Below are positions 54,399-63,089 of a DNA stretch of 64,000 bases, piece after piece. A program made the position numbers and the translations under genes. Within the stretch, counting starts at the first letter, position 1. Every line of letters starts with the position of its first letter. The notes under the pieces were generated by a model. That model searched no databases, was not told the DNA's origin, and saw only the letters and a list, made by a program, of their open reading frames with translations. The stretch is from an uncultured virus (IMG/VR IMGVR_UViG_3300011768_000001). Its lineage: Duplodnaviria > Heunggongvirae > Uroviricota > Caudoviricetes. Location: positions 1 through 64,000 of IMG/VR virus record IMGVR_UViG_3300011768_000001. One strand, 5' to 3'.

Positions 54399-56723
54399 CT
54401 ACTTACCTTCAACCCTAACCCTCACAATTGTTGTTGGAACAAGCGCTAATGTATTGGCGCCCAAACCAATCAAAACAGTTGTGAGTACATTATTACCGTA
54501 AGTTACACCAGAAACGCTTGTTGATGTTGAAGTATAACTATTTAGACTTGCACTTCTGACACCAACTACAGTATTGGCCATACTTACAGGTTGAACCTGG
54601 ACATCCAAAATTTCAGTAAAGTCTGATCCAGTATTAACTGTCCAGACAGCATTTGCATCACTAGTTGCAGTATAATATTTCACTTTAACTGGTGCTGCTA
54701 CAATACTATTATCAATCCTACGATAAATAGGTAAAGCAGAAGTTGTAATATAACCTGTATCGTTGTTAAATGCCGAAATATTAGTTGGTATGACGGGTAA
54801 AGTTGCAAGAGAACCATCGCCGCGAATATACTGTGAAGTTGTGCCTGCTGGTGTTGTAAGTTTTGCATTCAAAGCCACTTGCAAACCTGTTACATCAGAT
54901 ATTACATGAGTGTGTGCAGATGGGGCGAATGTTGTAGGTTTGTTTAGAATCTGACTTACACCAGAGACAGCGTTCCAATCACTATTGACTTGTGCAGCAG
55001 GGATACTTGGAAATGTAGCAACACTACCGTCACCTCTAAGATATTGAGCAGCGGTGCCTGTTGGAATATTGTACTTACCCGACAAGCCTGTATTCAAAGC
55101 ACCTGTTGTGGCATATCCAGACAATGCACTTGTAGAAGCTTTACCGTCTAGTACGGCTTGTAGGCCATTGACCTCAGATATAAGATGAGTATGTCCAAAG
55201 GCTGCTGCACCTACGTCTGTTGCATTCAATACCACCGCACCAGTCTTAGAATTTACACTAGCTACTGGTATAGCCGGAAAAGGAGCGGTTGTACCATCAC
55301 CACGAATATAATCTGTAGTATTAGCATTAGGTTTATCTAGTTTAAGAGACAGACCATTACTTACAGAAATAGCGGTTGCATAATTTGAAAGAGAAGCAGC
55401 TTGTGCCTTACTATCAAGACTTGCCTGAAGCCCTGCAATATCACTAATAGGATGACTGTGGGCTAAACTTGCAGCCCCAACATCACCAGAAGTAAGTACA
55501 ACACTACCAGTTTTCCCATTAACGGACGTTACAGGAACAATCACTTCGGTAAGAAAACCGCTGTCGTTAGTAAGCTGAGATGTGTTTGTAACTGCTTGTG
55601 GAATAACTGGCGGGTTTGTAATCTGAGTGTAATCAATTCCTTGACCAACCCCAATTGCCCCAACATCCTCTGCCGTTAGTACAACATCACCAGTCTTTGT
55701 ATTAACAGAATTTACAGGGTAGTTTACAGTTGGAATTATAGGCTTATTAATCAGATCATCATAATCTGCTGTTCTAGCCACTTGCGCAAGGTCTTCAATC
55801 TCCCCACTAGCAGATTCAATATTGTCTGCTAAGGCAAGTAGATTATCCTCAAGACCATCTACGTCAGATATTGAATGTGTATGGGCACTTGGAGAAAAGC
55901 TTGTAGGGATATTTTCAAGGTCTTGATAATCGCCTGAGAATCCGTTATTCAAAGATTCAATCTGGTCTTGGATACTCAGTAAATCACTTGCATCAGCTAC
56001 GCCAACAAATACACCCTCTTGAACCATTGCCGCAAACTTAGGAATGTCGTTACTACCAGATAACGCAATATTGTCAGCGGAAATATCAAAAACAATATTA
56101 GTGTTAGCTTGAAAGATTAAAGCGGTGTCTTGAAAGTCTAGGGTGTTATCGCCGACTTCTAAAGTTGTACCACCTACGCCATCAACCCATGAAGATTTAC
56201 TTGGGAAGTATTTTACAGCTACACCAGAGTTCTTATCTGTAATACGCAAGCGAACGTTGGTCATTCGCTCTGTTGCTTTAAAGATGATTGAGTTTGTACG
56301 TGCAGTAAGGGTTGTTGTGTATTCAAAACTTAAAGGGTTTGTCCTAACTACTGAATCGCCTTGAGTATTAAGAGCCTTTCTTTCGGATTCAATCAACTTA
56401 AAATAGAAAGGCTTTGATGAAGGCTGTGTGCGAGGAACTGCATAATCAAGAAGTTGATATTTGCTTTTATCAACCATATTTTCAAATGCAAGGAACCCTG
56501 CTGACTCAGATAACCTTAGTACATCACCAAAATCAACAGAACCTGATTCTACTGCAAACCCTACAGGTGCAAGTAAGCTGCCAGACGAAAGCATACGGAG
56601 ACCAGAGCTTTGTATAGTTCCATCTTCTGCTTTGTAAGGAATCATCCCTGCGGGCCATTGAGACAGGTCGTTGCCTTCACCTTCGATGATCGTTACTTTA
56701 TTCTTTGACGGGATAATTGACAT
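54399..56723 (-). CDS. Fibre-like virion protein with repeated modules
   Basis: Four H.H.IS.V.GL, three V.SVN.KTG.VVL and three YI/LRGDG repeats. Confidence 0.75.
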   Translation of the reverse strand: MSIIPSKNKVTIIEGEGNDLSQWPAGMIPYKAEDGTIQSSGLRMLSSGSLLAPVGFAVESGSVDFGDVLRLSESAGFLAFENMVDKSKYQLLDYAVPRTQPSSKPFYFKLIESERKALNTQGDSVVRTNPLSFEYTTTLTARTNSIIFKATERMTNVRLRITDKNSGVAVKYFPSKSSWVDGVGGTTLEVGDNTLDFQDTALIFQANTNIVFDISADNIALSGSNDIPKFAAMVQEGVFVGVADASDLLSIQDQIESLNNGFSGDYQDLENIPTSFSPSAHTHSISDVDGLEDNLLALADNIESASGEIEDLAQVARTADYDDLINKPIIPTVNYPVNSVNTKTGDVVLTAEDVGAIGVGQGIDYTQITNPPVIPQAVTNTSQLTNDSGFLTEVIVPVTSVNGKTGSVVLTSGDVGAASLAHSHPISDIAGLQASLDSKAQAASLSNYATAISVSNGLSLKLDKPNANTTDYIRGDGTTAPFPAIPVASVNSKTGAVVLNATDVGAAAFGHTHLISEVNGLQAVLDGKASTSALSGYATTGALNTGLSGKYNIPTGTAAQYLRGDGSVATFPSIPAAQVNSDWNAVSGVSQILNKPTTFAPSAHTHVISDVTGLQVALNAKLTTPAGTTSQYIRGDGSLATLPVIPTNISAFNNDTGYITTSALPIYRRIDNSIVAAPVKVKYYTATSDANAVWTVNTGSDFTEILDVQVQPVSMANTVVGVRSASLNSYTSTSTSVSGVTYGNNVLTTVLIGLGANTLALVPTTIVRVRVEGK

Positions 56724-56732
56724 ATTCTGCCC

Positions 56733-57029
56733 TCAATCAAAAAGTTGAATGAAGATTTTGCCAGTACCACGCATCCAAACTCTACTGCCAGCGGGAACCT
56801 TAGTAATGGTTGTCCAATCTCCACCGAGAGATGATCCTAGTGGATTCAAAGGCCAACCATCAGTATTAGTCACAGGTGTAGATGCTCTAACTTGTATATA
56901 AGCAACAGATGTGCTTTTGTTCTTAATGATCAAATCACTCTGTGGGGCAATACCAGATGCTGTATAAACATCTGTCCACACTCCACTAACTAGTGTAATA
57001 TCGGGCTGTGTGTCACTCATGACTAACAT
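56733..57029 (-). CDS. Hypothetical (probable virion accessory) protein
   Basis: Co-oriented, tightly linked to the fibre gene. Confidence 0.65.
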   Translation of the reverse strand: MLVMSDTQPDITLVSGVWTDVYTASGIAPQSDLIIKNKSTSVAYIQVRASTPVTNTDGWPLNPLGSSLGGDWTTITKVPAGSRVWMRGTGKIFIQLFD

Positions 57030-57240
57030 TCCTATTCTATTTATTTTTATTTAGGTAATGTCATTTTCAAAAGGGATTTTATAGCCACAGACAGACAAAC
57101 AATGGCTTTTAGTTGAACAGCCCTTTCATCTGCTTAAAATTAGGGGAGGGTTTACAGCAGTTGGTTTACTGTTCCCTCCAAGGAACCTAGGCAAAGTCCC
57201 AATACCAAGCCTTGCAGCTTGATTCTTTTCTCTGATATTA

Positions 57241-58989
57241 TCAGAGCACTTCTTTTACAGTCCAGTTATCAATTGTACCAGAGAATGTAGCATTACGTGC
57301 TTCCAAACCTAGCCACGTACCTGTAGCAACAAATGTGCCTGTCAAGTGACCGTTCACAACAGCCCAACGGATACGACCTGTCTCATCAGAGCCTGGACTT
57401 GTTGTAATAAGTCTGACCTCAGCCCCAGAAGTAAATGTCATATCAAGTTCAACCTTGTAGGTTTTGCCTGCTGTCAACACACCCTCTCGGAAGATCATAT
57501 TACCGCCATTTATAGCTGTAATTTTAGTTCCGCTAACAGTTACGCCAGAAGTCTTAGTCCAAGCTGCTGTATCAAGTCCCATCACCCTTTCAGGGCCGTA
57601 GGCTACAGACACCATAGGTGCTCCGTAAACTTTACGAACCATAATTGTAGCAGCACCAATTGCCACAGAAACTGTGCCTGTAGCTCCAATACCACTAAGC
57701 TGTGGAACCAATGTTAGTGTGTTTGCGCCTACAGTGATCCTACCAGTCAAATGTCCTAGCAAGGGTGTGCTGACAATAGAAGCTGTGCCGGCAGCATTCA
57801 TTGAAGTGTTAGCCGACAAAGAGCCAATTCTAAAAGCTGCTGTACCTGGGGCTGCTTGTTGAACTTTGTAGTCAAGCTGAACATTACTCAAGCCTGTATT
57901 GTTTGGAAAGCTAAACTTTACAGAAGCTGCTGTGTTATCAGTTTGAAAAATCACTCTGTAATCAATTTCATACACACCACCAGCTTCTAATACCAATGCC
58001 GGGAATGTAGTTGCCCAAGATGCTGCTGTTGAGCTTGTATAGGACAATGCTGTACTATTACTTTGGTATTGTGTAGTAAGGGGTGTTGCAAACTCTGTGG
58101 CGACAACTGAGGAGCTTGTAACTGTAACGTTAACTGTATCTCCAGCATAAGCTGTAGCAATTCGTGATGCATTACTTCGTACAACACGACCAGCAATTTC
58201 AAATACTATTTGACCAACGCCAATTTGCCAAGCAGTGATGCTAAAACCATCTGTTAGTGTCTGAGGGAATGTAAGGGTTGTGGTATTAGCCGAATCTACT
58301 AGGACAAGCTTCTTGTGGTCAGCATCTGTGAAGGTGTAAGGGCCTGTGAGGACCAATGCACCATTGGGTGCTGAACTACCCGCTGGTCCAGTAGGACCCT
58401 GTGGACCTGTAGCGCCCGTATCACCTTTAACTCCCTGTGGTCCCTGAACACCTTGCAACCCTTGAATACCCTGATTACCGGTATCTCCTTTAGGCCCTGT
58501 AAGTCCGATTGGGCCTTGGGCACCTGTGTCACCTTTTGGTCCTACAGCGCCGTCAGATCCTGCTGGCCCAGTTAGTCCTTGAATACCTTGAGGACCAGCA
58601 ACACCCTGTGCTCCACTATCGCCCTTAGCCCCAGTTAGACCAGTATCTCCTTTAGGACCTTGGACTCCTTGTGGTCCAGTCAAACCAATTGGACCTTGTA
58701 ATCCATCGTCACCTTTGGGTCCAACTTCACCAGCAATCCCTTGAGGACCCTGCTCACCACGAGGACCTGTTGCCCCGTTTGTACCAGGAACTCCGTCCTC
58801 ACCCTGAATGCCTTGGGGGCCTTGTAGTCCATTTTGACCGGCAGGACCTTGGGGACCAACTAGCCCTTGAATACCCTGTGGGCCAATAGGGCCTGTATCA
58901 CCCTTCTCGCCTTTAATGGAATTTGTGATAGTTGGGGCGGGAAATGGAGTATTAGTATTTTTAAAACTGATTGGTATTGTCTCACTCAT
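57241..58989 (-). CDS. Collagen-like fibre protein
   Basis: About 60 uninterrupted Gly-X-Y triplets (58372-58911) followed by beta-rich domains. Confidence 0.85.
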   Translation of the reverse strand: MSETIPISFKNTNTPFPAPTITNSIKGEKGDTGPIGPQGIQGLVGPQGPAGQNGLQGPQGIQGEDGVPGTNGATGPRGEQGPQGIAGEVGPKGDDGLQGPIGLTGPQGVQGPKGDTGLTGAKGDSGAQGVAGPQGIQGLTGPAGSDGAVGPKGDTGAQGPIGLTGPKGDTGNQGIQGLQGVQGPQGVKGDTGATGPQGPTGPAGSSAPNGALVLTGPYTFTDADHKKLVLVDSANTTTLTFPQTLTDGFSITAWQIGVGQIVFEIAGRVVRSNASRIATAYAGDTVNVTVTSSSVVATEFATPLTTQYQSNSTALSYTSSTAASWATTFPALVLEAGGVYEIDYRVIFQTDNTAASVKFSFPNNTGLSNVQLDYKVQQAAPGTAAFRIGSLSANTSMNAAGTASIVSTPLLGHLTGRITVGANTLTLVPQLSGIGATGTVSVAIGAATIMVRKVYGAPMVSVAYGPERVMGLDTAAWTKTSGVTVSGTKITAINGGNMIFREGVLTAGKTYKVELDMTFTSGAEVRLITTSPGSDETGRIRWAVVNGHLTGTFVATGTWLGLEARNATFSGTIDNWTVKEVL

Positions 58990-59299
58990 CTTTAGTCACA
59001 TCTCTTACAATTGAAATGAGTAAAGTATCTGAGCTTTGAACAAAGCCATCAGAAATACGAGTAAACTGAATATCATTTTCAGCTTCACCAACAGGAAAGC
59101 TTTTAGTGTCCAGACAGGTCAGTAAAAGTTCTCGTGTGGTGGTAGGATCTACCCACTCACAGATAAGGTTTGCAATAAGCTGGCCATACTGAGCAGTACG
59201 AATTTGTGATGAAACTTCATACCCTACGAAATAGCCATCAGCAAATGTTTCAGGAATTGGTGCTAACCAGCTAATGCTGTCTCCCCTTTTGTGTTGCAT
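58982..59299 (-). CDS. Putative fibre adaptor (BppU/LtfC-like)
   Basis: KRGDS, SQIR, DIQF....SSDT..I.I...VT; overlaps the collagen gene start. Confidence 0.55.
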   Translation of the reverse strand: MQHKRGDSISWLAPIPETFADGYFVGYEVSSQIRTAQYGQLIANLICEWVDPTTTRELLLTCLDTKSFPVGEAENDIQFTRISDGFVQSSDTLLISIVRDVTKDE

Positions 59300-59369
59300 A
59301 GTGAATTCTCTCTTTATGCGTTTGGGCCGTGTTGCACCATATTCTTATTAAATTCTTGATAGGTGCTTG

Positions 59370-60398
59370 TCAATTAAATTGATCTAACAAAACTTCTTCG
59401 CCGCCAAAGTTTCGATATATTTGTTCCACAGTTTCAATATTTGATAATTTGGTTGTTTCGGTATAACCACAGCCAATATCATTTTTCGATACTACATGGC
59501 AGAGCAAATTTTCTTTACAATACCTTTCCGCATCAAGGCAAGACTTCCTATCTTTAAATACAAAAAGTTTATATAATTTCAGTTTTAAAGGTGTCTTTTT
59601 ATAATTAATATTTGCAATCCTGTTTTTATAATTTTTACTTATACCAAACTTTATTGCCACAGGAAAGTCGCCGTCCATCACAATATTTATATAAGCCTGT
59701 ACTTGCCCGGATAAATAAGAACAACTACAGGAGCATCTGCCGTTCTTAAGTGAATCTGATTGTGCTACTGCTAAAGTCTCACATACTGGACAGTCCACCT
59801 GCCAATATACTGTTCTACTCTTACGCCCTTTTTCATACTTTATAGGACCAAGTCTTGTGAACTGTGTATCGGGATGATATTTACCGGTAGCAAAGAAATC
59901 TTCCTCTGTTACAGGGTTTGAATAATGCCTTTTGATGCCTGTAGATTCTTCTTGACATTTAGGGCAATAAATTCTATTTTTGTGTATTACAGAAAGTCGA
60001 GGGGATTCCCAATTTCCATGTTCTTTACAGCAAAAAATTGATCTCGTATCACTCCCCCGAAAATCCCCGAACCAACCACTGAAAGAAAATCCATTTTCAG
60101 CCGCTTTTCTAGCTGAAATTATCTCCCATTGGTTCTCGTTGTAAGTAGCTTTTTTAGAGCAACCACAGCACATTCTGGCTGATACATGACCAGCCCTGGC
60201 TATAAAAAGACCTTCGCCATAAAGTTCTGGATCGCGAGCACAAACGGAGCAGTAAAATACTATCGATAAATTATGTCCCTTTCTTTGCCCTTCTTTTTCT
60301 GGGACATGCCCGCGGTATTCAACATCTTCTCTGCAAAACTTACTGATATCATAATTTTGTTTAAAAATTAAGTCTTCTACTAAACCTTCATAGACCAT
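59370..60398 (-). CDS. Putative free-standing homing endonuclease, Zn-ribbon plus GIY-YIG-like; paralog 3 of 3
   Basis: CSVCARDPELYGEGLF, CCGCS, CPVC, CSC, IKFGI...R, GYTET. Confidence 0.6.
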   Translation of the reverse strand: MVYEGLVEDLIFKQNYDISKFCREDVEYRGHVPEKEGQRKGHNLSIVFYCSVCARDPELYGEGLFIARAGHVSARMCCGCSKKATYNENQWEIISARKAAENGFSFSGWFGDFRGSDTRSIFCCKEHGNWESPRLSVIHKNRIYCPKCQEESTGIKRHYSNPVTEEDFFATGKYHPDTQFTRLGPIKYEKGRKSRTVYWQVDCPVCETLAVAQSDSLKNGRCSCSCSYLSGQVQAYINIVMDGDFPVAIKFGISKNYKNRIANINYKKTPLKLKLYKLFVFKDRKSCLDAERYCKENLLCHVVSKNDIGCGYTETTKLSNIETVEQIYRNFGGEEVLLDQFN

Positions 60399-60401
60399 CT
60401 A

Positions 60402-60520
60402 AAACCTCTATAGTCAAGCTTCTCAATGTCTGCAACAGGGACATTGTAACAAACCCTTCATCAAGGAGCTTGCTATAAAGGTCTTGCTGTTACAATGTTT
60501 TAATCCGTTGCAGCGGATTA
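60402..60520 (-). promoter_or_regulatory. Bistable RNA leader controlling the SD of 59370..60398
   Basis: Mutually exclusive stems: AGACCUUUAUAG/CUAUAGAGGUUU (covers GAGG) versus ACAUUGUAACA/UGUUACAAUGU; loop CUGCAA complementary to UUGCAG. Confidence 0.55.
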
Positions 60521-60535
60521 GTTCTTAAAAGACTA

Positions 60536-60925
60536 TTAATCGTCTTCTGGATCTTCTTTAAAAACTAAGCTAAGGCGCGGGCGTGCCTCTTTAGCAAGAT
60601 CTGCCGGAGTTTGATCACCTTCAAGTGAATCTTTCACTTCAAACTTAAGTTTGTTGTAAGAAATCTCTTCAGCGTTGCTTGCTTTGGACACAGTTACAAT
60701 GCTATTAACGAGCCATTTACTCGAATTTAACTGATCTGGGTCAGTAGCTTCACCATTGATACTTTTCTTGATGTTCTCAAGGGCTTTATCTTTCATCTCA
60801 AGAAGCTGCTCTTCAAGAATTCGAAGTTTGCTTTTAGTGATACGCTTTGAGTTACCGCCCGTGTTTTTACGGTTAGACTTGCTGCCGTTAAATCTTGTAT
60901 CTGGATTTGGTGACTTATTTGACAT
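60536..60925 (-). CDS. Putative terminase small subunit
   Basis: 129 aa; basic N-terminus (TRF.G..SN...GG), helical core, acidic tail; upstream of terL on the same strand. Confidence 0.45.
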   Translation of the reverse strand: MSNKSPNPDTRFNGSKSNRKNTGGNSKRITKSKLRILEEQLLEMKDKALENIKKSINGEATDPDQLNSSKWLVNSIVTVSKASNAEEISYNKLKFEVKDSLEGDQTPADLAKEARPRLSLVFKEDPEDD

Positions 60926-60949
60926 TATTAGTTCCTATATTTTCAAGAG

Positions 60950-61945
60950 CGCACTTTAGGTAGCGTATCACCTGAATATTTTCTTAAAGCCTATCAGCAA
61001 TAATTGCAGTTCGTTAATAAACGGTAATAGGACTTAAGAAAATGACTTCAATGCTAGTAGGAGAGATATAGCGCCAAAGTCAATAAACCAGTTCGCAGGA
61101 GAGAGGGACGAACAGCTTTAATTGCCGAGAGGAGAATGTACATCGTGTACTGATCGGCGGGAGACACCACAATTTCTGAGGAGAGGTTTTACTTAGTTTG
61201 TGGCGGTGAAACTTTACATTAGCTATAATCAGTAAATTAGCTGTTCAGCTAATCAAAGTATAGTAGCTAAGAAACCTCTTGGTGCGCTTCAGTGATAGGC
61301 GTAGAGGTTATGGTTATTCGTTGCACCTCAGAAAAGTCATATCAAAGGGTTTGTAAAGAGAGAAAACTTTGACTGTTTCTTTCTGAGACGACTTTATCAG
61401 AACTCACCAGCTCTAATCACTAACCGAGGGCCAAAATTAGCTTTCAAGCCGAACATCCTCACGGGTAGTTCGCATTCTGACTTTTTAAACTAAAGATAAT
61501 TAAAACCCTTTACCCGCACACCGGCTGGACCATCTTACTGGTAGGGAAGACAACCTAATAAATTAGGGATCAGAAGTCTTTTTAAAAATGCCCCGCGATT
61601 GCCTCTATGACAATTCTCCCGAGGACTTTACCGTCACAGTTCACGGCAATGAGACAAGAATCTTCACTCTTGAATGTTGGAACACCAACCTTTACAACAG
61701 GGGCTCAAAGGCCAATACACTTGCACAGGAAACGGGCAGCTAATAAATTAACATCCCATGTCGCCGAGGTAGAGTCCTGCTCTCTTTGCTCGACCATTTT
61801 TAACACGAAAACAGGCTTCTAGTTATGAAGCAACGTCTCGGAAGTGACGCTGTAAAGTCGCTGTCATACTATTTCCGTCGTTCTCACCCTACCAACAAGC
61901 ATATGGAAATTGATAGGGTTGCTCCATACAGCCAACGGGAATTCT
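60950..61945 (-). ncRNA. Putative large structured non-coding RNA(s), about 1 kb
   Basis: No credible ORF; nested long-range helices (61860-61853/61396-61389; 61803-61795/61590-61582) and many hairpins with minus-strand G-U pairs; 3' array of CU-rich-loop hairpins. Confidence 0.6.
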
Positions 61946-62218
61946 TTAACAAGTGATTGTGTAAGGTGGTCCGAAGTCTGTTGGCTCGTAATGCTTGCCA
62001 ATGAAATCTGAAGCCTTCTTAAAATCGAACGGAGCTTGTACATCAGAAACTTTGAATGTAAAAGGTTGGGAGCTTACGTTATTATGATCAGGGGTCTCTT
62101 TATCAAAGACAAGCTTCAAATGATCCTTGATCACCAACCACTGCTTTTCTGAAATTACATCAGAATCTTGCAGTTCAACAAAACCTTGCAGCCAATAACA
62201 GAAATCTTTCTCATTCAT
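61946..62218 (-). CDS. Conserved phage hypothetical protein
   Basis: FCYWLQGF.E...QW..IKDHL.LVF.K.TP motif. Confidence 0.8.
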   Translation of the reverse strand: MNEKDFCYWLQGFVELQDSDVISEKQWLVIKDHLKLVFDKETPDHNNVSSQPFTFKVSDVQAPFDFKKASDFIGKHYEPTDFGPPYTITC

Positions 62219-62242
62219 AATACTTTCCCTTATTCATATAAT

Positions 62243-62271
62243 AGTTTATAGATTAATATTCATATTGTCAA
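62243..62271 (-). promoter_or_regulatory. Sigma70-like promoter
   Basis: TTGACA-N17-TAAACT. Confidence 0.6.
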
Positions 62272-62275
62272 GCAT

Positions 62276-62455
62276 TTATTCATACTCAGGCCAAATATCT
62301 TTATATTGTGTAGGATGAAGGCTAATCTTTTCCATCGCATATTCAAAGCGAAAGCTTTTACCACCCTCTTCAAGAATAACAACGTCTGGAAATTCTTGAT
62401 CTTCTATGATTTCTTGCAACTGGCTCCCAAACAGAGAGCTTTGATTCTCTTCCAT
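62276..62455 (-). CDS. Small acidic hypothetical protein (59 aa; not in ORF track)
   Basis: MEENQSSLFGSQLQEIIEDQEFPDVVILEEGGKSFRFEYAM...; GAGG SD. Confidence 0.6.
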   Translation of the reverse strand: MEENQSSLFGSQLQEIIEDQEFPDVVILEEGGKSFRFEYAMEKISLHPTQYKDIWPEYE

Positions 62456-62485
62456 TTAAAGAGCCTCTTGGTGTATTGAAAATAG

Positions 62486-62514
62486 AGAATAACAAATAGT
62501 TTATCAGATGTCAA
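62486..62514 (-). promoter_or_regulatory. Sigma70-like promoter
   Basis: TTGACA-N17-TATTCT with extended TG. Confidence 0.6.
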
Positions 62515-62527
62515 TAGTTAATAGAAT

Positions 62528-62647
62528 TTAATTATGTTTCTTCAAAGAATATTCCTCAATTGGTGTTAGTGGCTGAACAGGTCGTAAGATTAAACCTACG
62601 GTTAGGAATATGCCAAGGATTGCTGTTAGGATGATTAGGGATTTCAT
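62528..62647 (-). CDS. Small membrane peptide (39 aa)
   Basis: MKSLIILTAILGIFLTVGLILRP...; AGGA SD; starts 2 nt after the upstream stop. Confidence 0.55.
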   Translation of the reverse strand: MKSLIILTAILGIFLTVGLILRPVQPLTPIEEYSLKKHN

Positions 62648-62648
62648 T

Positions 62649-63089
62649 TTAAATATTCCTATCAAATACATAATACCTGTCAGTTGCCACCAACGGTGTA
62701 ACTTGTTTTGCAGAACTGTTATAGTAAGTTCTGAACATATTCTTAGCTCGGGTCTTATCAAACCTTGATTTGAGAAATCGTTTAGAATATTTCCAAGCCA
62801 TATATTCTTCTTTCAAAATACAACTAGTATTCTGATCAAACATTAACCTTCGAGTATCATCCGTACCAAGTGTTGCTTGGTGTATCTTTTCCCACCTACG
62901 TAAATGACCTATCTCGTGCACAAAACTATCTATAAATTTTGGATAGAAAGGATTTATAATCACTACACTTATACCACGACCAAACCGATATAAACACTCA
63001 GCATTATTTAAGTGATGAAAGGGGTTCCACTTTATATTGTACTTTTTGCATATTGCAATGGCCATTAGCCAATCGTTTATTAATTTCAT
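62649..63089 (-). CDS. Zn metallopeptidase-like protein (HExxH, IrrE/ImmA-like)
   Basis: FVHEIGHL ... EEYMAW. Confidence 0.6.
   Translation of the reverse strand: MKLINDWLMAIAICKKYNIKWNPFHHLNNAECLYRFGRGISVVIINPFYPKFIDSFVHEIGHLRRWEKIHQATLGTDDTRRLMFDQNTSCILKEEYMAWKYSKRFLKSRFDKTRAKNMFRTYYNSSAKQVTPLVATDRYYVFDRNI

Noticed and set aside
58372..58911. Periodic DNA repeats (CRISPR or tandem array?)
   Set aside because: Explained by Gly-X-Y collagen codons; no repeat-spacer structure.
61176..61212. CUGAGGA...GAAAC resembling a hammerhead core
   Set aside because: No stem II pairing between the two core halves.
61440..61635. GGUAAAGUCC and CGGCUU resembling RNase P CR-I/CR-V
   Set aside because: They cannot form the P4 helix and the other conserved regions are absent.
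60926..61945. tRNA or tmRNA cluster, often found near terminase genes in myoviruses
   Set aside because: No cloverleaf with a GTTCGA/A T-arm and acceptor stem found by eye on either strand; tRNAscan/ARAGORN would be decisive.
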